From assembly GCF_028368995.1 (NCBI RefSeq), contig NZ_JAQNDL010000005.1, positions 32,001 to 96,000 on the forward strand: a DNA stretch of 64,000 nt, given 5' to 3'. The position numbers and the translations under genes are program-made. Each line of letters begins with the position of its first letter. Position 1 is the stretch's first letter. The notes beneath the pieces are model-generated. The model worked only from the letters and a program-made list of their open reading frames with translations, had not been told where the DNA came from and did no database searches. Shown piece after piece: positions 9,319-20,897 of this stretch. This DNA comes from Nannocystis bainbridge (GTDB taxonomy: Bacteria; Myxococcota_A; Polyangia; Nannocystales; Nannocystaceae).

Positions 9319-11142
9319 ATGACCGACCCGCAGCCGCTGTCTCTCGCGCTCGCGCCCGCCGAGGTGGTCGTCACCTACCGCGAAGGCGGCGTCATGGAGC
9401 TGCGCTCGCCGCAGCCGCTGCAGCCCTACCCGGCCACCCTCGCGGCCGCGCTGCGCCGCTGGGCCGAGGAGGCGCCCGAGCGGGTGCTGCTCGGCGAGCG
9501 CCGTGACGGCCAGCTGTTCGAGCTGACCTACGGGGCCGCGTGGGCCCAGATCCGCCGCCTCGGCGCGGCCCTGCTGGCGCGCGGGCTGTCGGCCGCGCGG
9601 CCGCTGCTCTTGCTGTCCGACAACAGCGTCGACAACGCCCTGCTGCAGCTCGCGGCCATGTACGTCGGCGTGCCCGCGGTCCCGGTCTCGCCGGCCTACA
9701 GCCTGGTCTCGCAGGACCTCGAGAACCTGCGCCACATCGCCGCCCAGGTCGAGCCGGGCCTGGTGTTCGCCGCCGACGGGGCCCGCTTCGCCCGCGCGCT
9801 CGCGGCCGTCGGCGCCCCCGCGGTCGTCGGCCAGGCGCCGGGCGCCGGTCATTCTGTCCTCGAAGACATGCTCTCCGAGACATGTTCCTTGGACCATGCC
9901 GACGCCGCCCACGCCGCCACCGGCCCCGACACCGTCGCCAAGATCCTCTTCACCTCGGGCTCGACCAGCCGGCCCAAGGGCGTCGTCAACACCCAGCGCA
10001 TGCTGTGCTCGAACCAGCAGGCGATCGCCCAGTGCTGGCCGTTCCTGCGCGCGCGCCCGCCGGTGCTGGTCGACTGGCTGCCGTGGCACCACACCTTCGG
10101 CGGCAACCACAACTTCAACATGGCGCTGTTCCACGGCGGCTCGCTCTACCTCGACGAGGGCAAGCCGGCGCCGGGCCTGATCGAGCGCACCGTCGCCAAC
10201 CTGCGCGCCGTCCCGCCGACCCTCTACTTCAACGTCCCGCGCGGCTTCGAGGTCCTGCTGCCGCACCTCGAGCGCGACGCCGAGCTGCGCGAGCGGTTCT
10301 TCTCGCGCCTCGACGTCATCTTCTACGCCGGCGCCGCCCTGCCGCCCAACCTGTGGGCCCGCCTGGTCGCGGTGGCCGAGCAGGCCGGCGCGGCCGGGCG
10401 CGTGCTCATGGCCTCGGCGTGGGGCTCGACCGAGACGTCGCCGCTGGTCACCAGCGTCCACTTCTCGATCGAGCACGCCGGCATCATCGGCCTGCCGGCG
10501 CCCGGCTGCGAGCTCAAGCTGGTCCCGCGCGAGGGCAAGCTCGAGCTGCGGGTGCGCGGGCCCAACGTCACGCCCGGCTACCACCGCGAGCCCGAGCTCA
10601 CCGCCGCCGCCTTCGACGACGAGGGCTACTACTGCATCGGCGACGCCGGCCGCCTCGCCGACCCGACCGACCCGCGGCGCGGCGTGGTGTTCGATGGCCG
10701 CGTCGCCGAGGACTTCAAGCTCACCAGCGGCACGTGGGTCAGCGTCGGCGCCCTGCGGGTCGCCTTCATCGCCGCCGCCGCGCCGGTCGTGCAGGACGTC
10801 GTGATCGCCGGCGAGGGTCGGACCGCCGCCGGTGCGCTGATCTTCCTCAACCCCGACGGCTGCCGCGCGCTCGCCCCGGATGTCCCCGCGGACAGGTACA
10901 CCGACGACCCGCGGATCCGCGCCCACCTGGCCGCCGCGCTGGCCGCCCACAACGCCGCCAACCCGACCGGCAGCCGCCTGCTGGCCGCCGGTGTCGTGCT
11001 CGCCGAGCCGCCCGCGATCGACGCCGGCGAGATCACCGACAAGGGCTACATCAATCAACGCGCGGTCCTCCGCCGCCGCGCCGCCGACGTCGCCCGCCTC
11101 TACGCCAGCCCGCCCGACCCGGCCCGCGTCGACCCGGCCTGA
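9319..11142 (+). CDS. fcs: Feruloyl-CoA synthase (AMP-binding acyl-CoA ligase)
   Basis: ILFTSGST.PKGV, LVDWLPWHHTFGGNHN, GRVAEDFKLTSGTWVSVG, GEITDKGYINQRAVL: Fcs family signatures. Confidence 0.88.
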   Translation: MTDPQPLSLALAPAEVVVTYREGGVMELRSPQPLQPYPATLAAALRRWAEEAPERVLLGERRDGQLFELTYGAAWAQIRRLGAALLARGLSAARPLLLLSDNSVDNALLQLAAMYVGVPAVPVSPAYSLVSQDLENLRHIAAQVEPGLVFAADGARFARALAAVGAPAVVGQAPGAGHSVLEDMLSETCSLDHADAAHAATGPDTVAKILFTSGSTSRPKGVVNTQRMLCSNQQAIAQCWPFLRARPPVLVDWLPWHHTFGGNHNFNMALFHGGSLYLDEGKPAPGLIERTVANLRAVPPTLYFNVPRGFEVLLPHLERDAELRERFFSRLDVIFYAGAALPPNLWARLVAVAEQAGAAGRVLMASAWGSTETSPLVTSVHFSIEHAGIIGLPAPGCELKLVPREGKLELRVRGPNVTPGYHREPELTAAAFDDEGYYCIGDAGRLADPTDPRRGVVFDGRVAEDFKLTSGTWVSVGALRVAFIAAAAPVVQDVVIAGEGRTAAGALIFLNPDGCRALAPDVPADRYTDDPRIRAHLAAALAAHNAANPTGSRLLAAGVVLAEPPAIDAGEITDKGYINQRAVLRRRAADVARLYASPPDPARVDPA

Positions 11143-11400
11143 TCGCCTGCGCTTCGGGACATGTCGCTTCGGACATGTTATCGACACGCTGGCGCTCGGG
11201 CGGGCGAATCAACCTGTCCCGAAGGACATCCTTAGTTCTCCGACTCGCGCCCTCCCCTGGCCCCCGAGCGGTCGCGGGTACCGCAGCCCCGAAGGTGCCG
11301 CCCTGCCCTCCGCGCCAGCCGCTGGCGGCTTCGGGTTCGCCGCACTAGCCCGTGCGCGCGCCCGCGTGGTAGCCTGCGGCCCGAAAGCACCGTTTTCGCA

Positions 11401-12753
<1,353 letters not shown>

Positions 12754-12892
12754 CGTCGGCGCGCGATCTCACCGCCGGGCTCGCCGGAGCCGCGTGAGGC
12801 CGATCCGGGCGGCGCGTCGCCGCGGCCGCGCGACCTGCGATGCGTGCGCGATTGCTTGACAGGCCCGGGGGGTCCGCACCACGCTCCGCGCG

Positions 12893-13435
12893 ATGCATCC
12901 GTGGCACGACATCTATGTCGACGAAGGCCAGCTCCCCCACGTCCCGGCGGTGATCGAGGTCCCGCAGGGCAGCAAGAACAAGTACGAGGTCGACAAGGAG
13001 ACCGGCTTCCTCCGCCTCGACCGCGTCCTCTTCAGCGCGGTGCACTACCCCGCCAACTACGGCTTCATCCCGCGCACCTACTGCGACGACGGCGACGCGC
13101 TCGACATCCTCGTCCTGCAGCAGAGCCCCGTGCACCCGCTGTGCATCGTCACGGCCCGCCCGATCGGCGTCATGCGCATGCGCGACGACAAGGGCATCGA
13201 CGACAAGATCGTCGCCGTCAGCACCCACGACCCCTGGTTCAACGAGTACACCGACCAGTCGCAGCTGCCGCACCACGTCATGCGCGAGGTCCGGCGCTTC
13301 TTCGAGGACTACAAGATCCTCGAGAACAAGACCGTCGTCATCGACGACATCCTCGGCACCGCCGAGGCCCTCGGCGTCATCCGCGAGGCGTTCGAGCTGT
13401 ACAAGCGGCTGCGCCGCGGCGAGCTCAATAAGTAG
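12893..13435 (+). CDS. ppa: Inorganic pyrophosphatase (family I)
   Basis: [37 protein letters not shown]. Confidence 0.96.
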   Translation: MHPWHDIYVDEGQLPHVPAVIEVPQGSKNKYEVDKETGFLRLDRVLFSAVHYPANYGFIPRTYCDDGDALDILVLQQSPVHPLCIVTARPIGVMRMRDDKGIDDKIVAVSTHDPWFNEYTDQSQLPHHVMREVRRFFEDYKILENKTVVIDDILGTAEALGVIREAFELYKRLRRGELNK

Positions 13436-13442
13436 TCGCGCG

Positions 13443-13489
13443 GGACATGTCCTTCAGGGCATGTCCTCCGGGGCATGTCCCTCGGGACA
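13443..13489. repeat. Array of three 14-bp TGTCC-N4-GGACA units
   Basis: TGTCCTTCAGGGCA, TGTCCTCCGGGGCA, TGTCCCTCGGGACA at 13448, 13462, 13476, just after the ppa stop. Confidence 0.85.
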
Positions 13490-13841
13490 GCGCTCCGATG
13501 CCCGGCGCGCGCGTGCCATGGCGCGCGAGCAGTCTTGGCCGGCGGCGATTCGCGGCCGGCTGGATCGCACGGCGACATGCGGGGTCCTTGCGGACATCCT
13601 CGATCGGCCCACATCCTGCGCTCGCAGGCTCCACTGGGCCGGTCGAAGAACTGGCGGGCGGACCGCCCGCGCGCTGAGAACTCGCTCGGGCGATGGCTCG
13701 TCGGCGACGAGCGTGCCCTGACCGCGACGGCGAGCTCGGAGGGCCCTCGCGTTTGCGGCCCAGGAAGCAGCATCCTGGAGCTCCGCGTGGGCCTCGCGCC
13801 GACATCGACCCGGCTCTCCGTCTCCGCTACCGTCGCGCCCG

Positions 13842-14795
13842 TTGCCACCCCCCACGGGCCAGGACACCGCCAGGGCCGTCGCCGCGCTGCTCGTCGTGCA
13901 GCTGCTGTTCGGCACCCACTACAGCGCCGCGCGCGAGATCACCGCGTATCTCGATCCGATCGCGTGGACGCTGATCCGTCAGTGCGGCGGCGCCCTCCTG
14001 CTCGTCGGCGCCGCGCTGGTCCTGCGCAAGGCCTGGCCGCGCCGCGGCTGGGGTCTGCTCGCCGTGCTCGGCCTGCTCGGCGTGGTCTTGAACCAGCTGC
14101 TCTTCAACGCCGGCATCCAGCGCTCCACCGCCGTCCACGGCGCGCTGGTCATGGCCACCGTGCCGGCGCAGACGCTCGCGCTCGGGGTCCTGTTCGGCCA
14201 GGAGTCGTTGACCCGGCGCAAGCTCGCCAGCGTCGCGCTCGGGGTCGTCGGCATCGCCGCCCTGTTCGGCGTCGACCAGCTGGCCGTCGGGACAGGTGCC
14301 TGGCTGCGCACCCGCGACGGCGCGCTCGCGGCCCGCTTCAGCGACACCGTGCTCTGCGGCGACCTGCTGATCCTCGGCAACGCCGCCGCCTACTCGCTGT
14401 TCCTCGCCCTCTCCAAGCGCGTGTCCGAGTCGACCGACCCGCTGACCCTCTCGGCCGCGATCTACGCCTGCTCGCTGCCGATGATCGCCGTCGTCGGCCT
14501 GCCCGCCCTCGTCGCCGTCGACCTCGCCGCCGTGCCGGGCCACGTGTGGCTGCTCGGCGCGCTCGTCATCGTCGGCCCGACCGCCGTCGCCTACATCCTC
14601 AGCCTCTACGCCCTGCGCCGCCTGCCGACCTCGCTGGTCGGGCTGTTCATCAACGTCCAGTTCATCATCGCCGCCGCCACCGCCGCGCTGTGGCACGGCG
14701 AGCGCCTCGACGACCGCACGGTGCTCGCCGCCGCCGCGGTGCTGCTCGGGCTGTCGCTGCGGTTCGTGCCCGAGCGCGGCGCGCCACCGAGCTGA
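13842..14795 (+). CDS. DMT/EamA family transporter
   Basis: About 10 hydrophobic segments in two EamA-like halves; GDLLILG motif. Confidence 0.88.
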   Translation: MPPPTGQDTARAVAALLVVQLLFGTHYSAAREITAYLDPIAWTLIRQCGGALLLVGAALVLRKAWPRRGWGLLAVLGLLGVVLNQLLFNAGIQRSTAVHGALVMATVPAQTLALGVLFGQESLTRRKLASVALGVVGIAALFGVDQLAVGTGAWLRTRDGALAARFSDTVLCGDLLILGNAAAYSLFLALSKRVSESTDPLTLSAAIYACSLPMIAVVGLPALVAVDLAAVPGHVWLLGALVIVGPTAVAYILSLYALRRLPTSLVGLFINVQFIIAAATAALWHGERLDDRTVLAAAAVLLGLSLRFVPERGAPPS

Positions 14796-14801
14796 ACCTC
14801 G

Positions 14802-14939
14802 GGACATGCCCCTCGGCGCATGTTCCCCCGGACATGTGCGCGAGCGCGCTCCGGCCGGCTCGCGCTCGCCGCCGGCGCGGATCTCCAGGACATGCCCCTC
14901 AGGACATGCCCGTGCGGACATGCCGCAGAGAGCATGTCC
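14802..14939. repeat. Two arrays of the 14-bp palindromic unit
   Basis: CATG junctions at 14805/14819/14833 and 14891/14905/14919/14933, directly after the EamA stop. Confidence 0.85.
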
Positions 14940-15964
14940 CGAGAGTCATCCCGCGCGGCGCCGCGCCTCGTGGCGCGAAATTGGACGGAGCGGCCCGGGC
15001 ACCATTGCCCGGGCCGCCCTTGGTTGCGCCTCGTCCAAAAACTTGTGGGCTCGCTCAGGGCGTGGCGTCGGTCACCAGCTCGGCGAGGACCCGCGACGGA
15101 CGCGGGCGGGCCGGGTGGACGCGATCGCGCACGCCCGAGCGGGCGGCGTTGCGGCGAGCTGCCCAGGGGGTCAGGTCGGGGTTGCCGGCACCGGCCTCGC
15201 GCGGCGGCGTGACGGGGCGGGCCACGGCGGGGCTATGGGCCAGCCCTGGCGTCTCGGCGACGGGGCGGCCGCTCCAGCCCTTGCGCTTGCCCTTGCGGCC
15301 GGAACCGGCAGCGGGCTCGGCCTTGGCGGCGGCCACGGTGAGGCGGTCGTTGCGGCGGGCCAGGTACTTGGCGACCGCGATCGAGCGATGGCATTCGCCG
15401 AGGGGGGCGGCGTGCCGCTGGCGGGGGAAGTTGCGGACCCCGGGTCGGCCGGAGGGAGGAGCGGCACCGAGCGTGTTGCTCGGGCCAGCGAGCGAGCGGA
15501 GAGCCTGAGGGGCCCGCGCAGTGTTGCCCAAGATCTTGGGGGGGCAGCGGCGGCTTCTCGTTCGCATCGGCTGTTTCATGGGGCAGCTTCCACGCGGACG
15601 CTCGCGGTCGATTCCGCGAGCGGCTGTACGGCCGGACTATATGCACACTGGTTCGCTTTCGGTACCCGGAAAGCACAGGGCGCCGTCGACCCCGCCGAGG
15701 CCGACCACCAGACCCGGCGACAGGCCCGGCGCGGGGTGGACAGCGAGGCCGCATGATGCGCGCTAGCGTGCCGTGGAGGCACGAATTCGCCACAATTGGA
15801 TCTGTGGATAAATCTGCCAGCAGAGATCGGTTTCGTCCTTCGGACAACTGTCACATTGTAGTTTTTGTAAGGGGCAACACAATCACGGCAACAGCAGCCG
15901 GCGCGCCTGCGCTCGTCGCCCCGCTACGTGCAACGGCTCACGGTGGATCACTCCCTCCTCCGGA

Positions 15965-17263
15965 TCACCGACGTGATGTCGCGGGCCGCGGGGCCTCCGC
16001 CAATGCGAGCGAGAACTCGAGCTCGGACCGCGAGACCGCGGCGGTGACGACCCGCGCCCGGTAGTCGACGCCGAGCATGTCGAACTCGATCGCGCCGGCG
16101 ACCGACTCGCTGAGGGCGAAGGTCTGCCGGCCGAGACCGGAGAACCACACCGCCGCGCGCACCCGCAGCGCGCCCGTGACCTCCTCGAGCGTGCCGTCGG
16201 CGACCTCCACCGCCAGGTCACCGCCGCGCTCGGCGGCGGCCTTCGGCGTGCCGCCGAAGCTGAGGCGGGCGCAGGTGCCCTCGGTGCTCCACGCGTGGAC
16301 CTTGAGCGGCCGCTCGCCGGCCCGCCAGTCGACGCCCGCGAGCAGCTCGCCGCGCGGGTCGGGGGCGCCGTCGCGGTTGTAGCGCGCCGGGATCTGGCCG
16401 CTCGCCATGGCCCGGTTGGCCAGCGCGGCCGCCACCCCGCCCGACATGCGCAGACCGACCAGGCGGGCGTCGCTGCCCGGCGGGCGAGCTGTCCCCGGGG
16501 ACAGGGCCTCCGCCGGCAGCGCGGCGTGGGCCCACAGCTCGAGGTCGGTCGCCCCGCTCTTCAGCTCGATCTTCGTCAACGGGACGTCGCCGAGGTCGAT
16601 CTCGAGGTCGACGAGGTCGTCTGTCCCTTGGAGCAGGTTGTCGCGGATCTGCGGCCAGCGCCCGCCGACCAGCTCGCGCAGGAAGGTCTCGGCCAGCGCC
16701 TCGACCTGCTCGCGCCCGACCAGCGCGCGCGCGGCCCCGGGCACCAGCGACAGCAAGAACTCGGCGAACCGCTTGCGCTCGGCCGGCGGCAGGCTCGGCC
16801 TCACTTCGCGGAGGTCGGCGGCGCCGAGGCGCAGGCGCACGCTGCCGGCGGCCGGATCGAGGCGCGGCGCGACCACGGCGTCGAGCTCGAGCGCGGTGAC
16901 GGGCTTGCCCTGACTGAGGAGGGCCACGCTCACGCGCGCGCCGACGCTGCCGGCCGGGGCCGGGCGAAAGGCGACGCTGCGGATCGTCACCGCGAGCGCG
17001 CCGAGATCGACCGGGCCGAGGTCGGGCAGCGGCAACCGCACCTGCGGCAGGCTGGCCAGCGAGCGCTGCACGCTCTGGCTCAGCGTCGCGTACGGCACCG
17101 CCAGGGCCAGGTGGGGGCCGGGCGCGGCGGCGCGGCGCGTGAAGGCCTCGCGGTCGGCTCGCACCTTGCTGCACACCGAGCTGGCGCAGCCGGGCGTCGT
17201 CAGCAGCAGCGGGATCAGCGGGGCGAGGACGAGGAGGACGCCGGGGGCGGGACGAGGGCGCAT
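15965..17263 (-). CDS. Hypothetical lipoprotein
   Basis: Signal peptide ending TPGC; 432 aa with typical codon bias; family not recognised. Confidence 0.75.
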   Translation of the reverse strand: MRPRPAPGVLLVLAPLIPLLLTTPGCASSVCSKVRADREAFTRRAAAPGPHLALAVPYATLSQSVQRSLASLPQVRLPLPDLGPVDLGALAVTIRSVAFRPAPAGSVGARVSVALLSQGKPVTALELDAVVAPRLDPAAGSVRLRLGAADLREVRPSLPPAERKRFAEFLLSLVPGAARALVGREQVEALAETFLRELVGGRWPQIRDNLLQGTDDLVDLEIDLGDVPLTKIELKSGATDLELWAHAALPAEALSPGTARPPGSDARLVGLRMSGGVAAALANRAMASGQIPARYNRDGAPDPRGELLAGVDWRAGERPLKVHAWSTEGTCARLSFGGTPKAAAERGGDLAVEVADGTLEEVTGALRVRAAVWFSGLGRQTFALSESVAGAIEFDMLGVDYRARVVTAAVSRSELEFSLALAEAPRPATSRR

Positions 17264-17303
17264 GTGGCCCCAGTCTAGCGGGCCCGGCGGTTATAGTGGC
17301 GGC

Positions 17304-19052
17304 GTGTCGCTCGGCAGCGTCCTCGTCCTCCTCGTCGCGCTCGGCGTCGTGGCCCTCGACCTCGCCGTCACCTCGTCCTGGACCGGCCTCGTCATCGTGT
17401 TCGGCATGGCCGCCGTGACCCTCGCGGTCGCGGAGGAGGTCCGGCAGATGATCTTCGCCCGCCGCGAGGGCGCCGGCATGGACGGCGTGCTGTGGTTCGA
17501 GGTCGCGCTGCTGCTGGCCCTGCTCGGCTTCCTGCTCGCGCGGACCTTCGCCCTCACCGGCCAGTTCGGCGGCACCCTCGAGGCCAGCGGGATCGCGGCC
17601 CTCGAGACCTACGACCTCGTGTTCGCCAGCCTGGCCGCGGTCGCCGGCGGCCTGGTCATCGCCCCCGAGCGCACGGGACATGTCCTCCTGAACATGTCCC
17701 AGCGGCCAGCCATGATGCTGATCGGCAGCTTCGCGGCGATGATCCTGATCGGCAGCCTGCTCCTCACCCTGCCGCTGTCGCTGACCCAGGCCGCCCACAC
17801 CTCGTACGTCGACTCGCTGTTCACCATGGCCAGCGCCGTGTGCGTCACCGGCCTGACCGTCAACGACGTGCCGACCGTCTACACCGCCTTCGGTCAGGGC
17901 GTCATCCTCGCCGGCATCCAGCTCGGCGGCGTCGGCATCATGACCATCGCCGCCCTCGCGCTGGCGTTCAGCCATAACAGCTCGCTCCAGAGCCAGCTGC
18001 GCTACGCCGCCATGCTCGACGCCCGCACCGTCACCGACCTGCGCAAGATCGTCGTCGGCATCCTCGCCGGCACCTTCGTCGTCGAGGCCATCGGCGCGCT
18101 GCTGCTGTGGTCCCTCCTGCTCGGCGACCCGCGCCTCGGCGAGCACTCGGCGCTGTGGATGGCCGTGTTCCACGCGGTCTCGGCCTTCTGCAACGCCGGC
18201 TTCTCGCTGTTCCCCGCCAGCCTCACCGGGTTCGCCGGCGAGTTCGGGGTCCAGACCGTGATCATGGGCCTCATCATCCTGGGCGGCCTCGGCTTCCCGG
18301 TCATGGTCGAGCTGGTGCGCCACGGCTGGCGCCGCCTCGTCCGCCTGGTGAAGCGCTCCGCGCCGGCGCCCGCCCGCCTGTCCCTGACCACCCGCGTGGT
18401 CCTCTCGACCAGCCTCCTCCTGATCGTCGCCGGCACCGTCGTCATCTACGCGCTCGAGTTCTCGCACGCGCTGGTGCCGGCCAGCGAGCAGGGCTTCGGC
18501 CGCCGCTTCATGGCCGCGCTGTTCGCCTCGGTCAACACCCGCACCGCCGGCTTCAACTCCTACGACATGGCCGGCCTGCGCGACGCGACGATCCTCGTCA
18601 CCTGCGCGCTGATGTTCATCGGTGGTTCGCCGGCGTCGACCGCCGGCGGCATCAAGACCACCACCTTCGCCACCATCGTCGCCACCCTGCGCGCGGAGCT
18701 GCGCGGCCGCGAGCCCGAGCTCGGCGGTCGCGCCCTCGCCCCCGAGGTCGTGCGCAAGGCCACCGCCGTGCTGGTGATGATGGGCGGCCTCGCCCTGACC
18801 ATCATCCTCCTGCTGGCCCTCACCGAGCGGCAGCCGTTCCTCAAGCTGTGCCTCGAGGCCGTCTCGGCGCTCGCCACCGTCGGCCTCTCGACCGGCATCA
18901 CCGGCTCGCTGACCGTCGCCGGCAAGCTGATCGTGTCGGCCGCGATGTTCCTCGGCCGCGTCGGCCCCTTCACGATCGCCCTCGCCGTGGGCGAGAGCGC
19001 GGCCAGCCAACCCCGCTACCGCCTCGCCCGCGAGGATCTCCCGGTCGGCTGA
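17304..19052 (+). CDS. ktrB: KtrB/TrkH family K+ uptake membrane subunit, copy 1
   Basis: Four pore loops CVTGL, CNAGF, RTAGF, ATVGL; FIGGSPASTAGGIK; MFLGRVG. GTG start at 17304 by homology to copy 2. Confidence 0.92.
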   Translation: MSLGSVLVLLVALGVVALDLAVTSSWTGLVIVFGMAAVTLAVAEEVRQMIFARREGAGMDGVLWFEVALLLALLGFLLARTFALTGQFGGTLEASGIAALETYDLVFASLAAVAGGLVIAPERTGHVLLNMSQRPAMMLIGSFAAMILIGSLLLTLPLSLTQAAHTSYVDSLFTMASAVCVTGLTVNDVPTVYTAFGQGVILAGIQLGGVGIMTIAALALAFSHNSSLQSQLRYAAMLDARTVTDLRKIVVGILAGTFVVEAIGALLLWSLLLGDPRLGEHSALWMAVFHAVSAFCNAGFSLFPASLTGFAGEFGVQTVIMGLIILGGLGFPVMVELVRHGWRRLVRLVKRSAPAPARLSLTTRVVLSTSLLLIVAGTVVIYALEFSHALVPASEQGFGRRFMAALFASVNTRTAGFNSYDMAGLRDATILVTCALMFIGGSPASTAGGIKTTTFATIVATLRAELRGREPELGGRALAPEVVRKATAVLVMMGGLALTIILLLALTERQPFLKLCLEAVSALATVGLSTGITGSLTVAGKLIVSAAMFLGRVGPFTIALAVGESAASQPRYRLAREDLPVG

Positions 19053-19139
19053 CCCGGGCCTGCCCGTGCACCTCGCTGCGCGCCGCGGCGCCCCGCAACA
19101 GCGCAGCCCGCGAGGCCACGCGGCCGGTATAGTGGTGGC

Positions 19140-20888
19140 GTGTCGATCGGCAGCCTGATCGTCCTCCTCGTCGCCGTCGCCGTCGTCGCGCTCGACGTCG
19201 CCGTCGCCTCGCCGTGGACCGGCCTGCTCGTCGTGCTCGGCATGGGCATCGTCACCCTCGCCGTCGCCGAGCAGGTGCGACAGATGATCGCCGCCCACCG
19301 TAAAGACGCCAACCTCGGCGGCGTGCTGTGGTTCGAGGTCGCCCTGTTCCTCGCGCTGCTCGGGTTCTTCCTCGCCCGCGCCGTGATCCTCGGCGACGCC
19401 TTCGACGGCCCGCTGACCGCCCGCCGCCTGGCCGCCGCCGAGACCTACGACCTCGTGTTCACCACCCTCGCCGCGCTCGCCGGCGCCCTGGTGATCGCGC
19501 CCGAGCGGACCGGACGTGTTCTTTTGAACATGTCCCAGCGGCCAGCCATGATGCTGATCGGCAGCTTCGCCGCCCTGATCACGCTCGGCAGCCTGCTGCT
19601 CACCTTGCCGGTCTCGCTGACGGACGCGGCCCACACCTCGTACGTCGACTCGCTGTTCACCATGGCCAGCGCGGTGTGCGTCACCGGCCTCGCGGTCAAC
19701 GACCTCGGCGCGACCTACAGCCTGTTCGGCCAGGGCGTGATCCTCACCGGCGTCCAGCTCGGCGGCATCGGCATCATGACGGTGGCCGCCCTGGCGCTGG
19801 CGTTCAACAACAACAGCTCGCTGCAGAGCCAGCTGCGCTACGCCGCCATGCTCGACGCCCGCACCGTCGCCGATCTGCGCAAGATCGTCGTCGGCATCCT
19901 CGCCGGCACCTTCATCGTCGAGGCCATCGGCGCCTTCCTGCTGTGGCTCATGCTCGCCGGCGACCCGCGGATCGGCGACGCCTCGGCGCTGTGGACGGCC
20001 GTGTTCCACGCGGTGTCGTCGTTCTGCAACGCCGGCTTCGCGCTGTTCCCGGGCGGCATGGGGGCGTTCGTCGGCGACCTCGGCGTCCAGGTCGTGGTCA
20101 TGACGCTGATGATCCTCGGCGGCCTCGGCTTCCCGGTCCTCGTCGAGCTGGTCCGCCACGGCTGGCGCCGCACCGTCCGCCTGGTGCGGCCCAGCACCCC
20201 GGCGCCGCCGCGGCTGTCGCTCGCCACCCGCGTGGTGCTTTCGACGACCCTGGCGCTGATCGTCGCCGGCACCGTCGCAGTGCTCGCGCTCGAGTTCGGC
20301 TCGGGGCTCGCGCCCGCGGGCGAGCACGGGATCTTCCACCGCCTGTGGTCGGCGCTGTTCATCTCCGCCAACACCCGCAGCGGCGGCCTCGACACCGTCG
20401 GCGTCGGGGCCATGCGCGACGCCACGCTGCTGGTCCTGTGCGTGCTGATGTTCATCGGCGGCGCCCCGGCGTCGACCGCCGGCGGCATCAAGACCACCAC
20501 CTTCGCCACCGTCGTCGCCACCCTGCGCGCGGAGCTGCGCGGCCGCGAACCCGAGCTCGGCGGTCGCGCCCTCTCGCCCGAGGTCGTGCGCAAGGCCACC
20601 GCCGTGCTGGTGATGATGAGCGGCCTGCTGATGGCGTTCATCCTCCTGCTCAGCCTCACCGAGGACCTGCCGTTCCTCCACGTCGCCTTCGAGGCCGTGT
20701 CGGCCCTCGCCACCGTCGGCCTCTCGACCGGCATCACCGGCTCCTTCTCCGTCGCCGGCAAGCTGATCCTGACCGCCGCGATGTTCCTCGGCCGCGTCGG
20801 CCCCTTCACCATCGCGCTCGCCGTCGCCGACCGAGCCGCCGCCCACTCGCGCCACCGCCTCGCCCGCGAGGACCTCCCGGTCGGGTAA
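19140..20888 (+). CDS. ktrB: KtrB/TrkH family K+ uptake membrane subunit, copy 2
   Basis: Collinear same-length paralog of copy 1; pore loops CVTGL, CNAGF, RSGGL, ATVGL. Confidence 0.92.
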   Translation: MSIGSLIVLLVAVAVVALDVAVASPWTGLLVVLGMGIVTLAVAEQVRQMIAAHRKDANLGGVLWFEVALFLALLGFFLARAVILGDAFDGPLTARRLAAAETYDLVFTTLAALAGALVIAPERTGRVLLNMSQRPAMMLIGSFAALITLGSLLLTLPVSLTDAAHTSYVDSLFTMASAVCVTGLAVNDLGATYSLFGQGVILTGVQLGGIGIMTVAALALAFNNNSSLQSQLRYAAMLDARTVADLRKIVVGILAGTFIVEAIGAFLLWLMLAGDPRIGDASALWTAVFHAVSSFCNAGFALFPGGMGAFVGDLGVQVVVMTLMILGGLGFPVLVELVRHGWRRTVRLVRPSTPAPPRLSLATRVVLSTTLALIVAGTVAVLALEFGSGLAPAGEHGIFHRLWSALFISANTRSGGLDTVGVGAMRDATLLVLCVLMFIGGAPASTAGGIKTTTFATVVATLRAELRGREPELGGRALSPEVVRKATAVLVMMSGLLMAFILLLSLTEDLPFLHVAFEAVSALATVGLSTGITGSFSVAGKLILTAAMFLGRVGPFTIALAVADRAAAHSRHRLAREDLPVG

Positions 20889-20897
20889 GCTGTCGCC

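Noticed and set aside
15803-15811. Replication origin
   Set aside because: Only one DnaA box seen and no dnaA/dnaN/gidA/parAB context.
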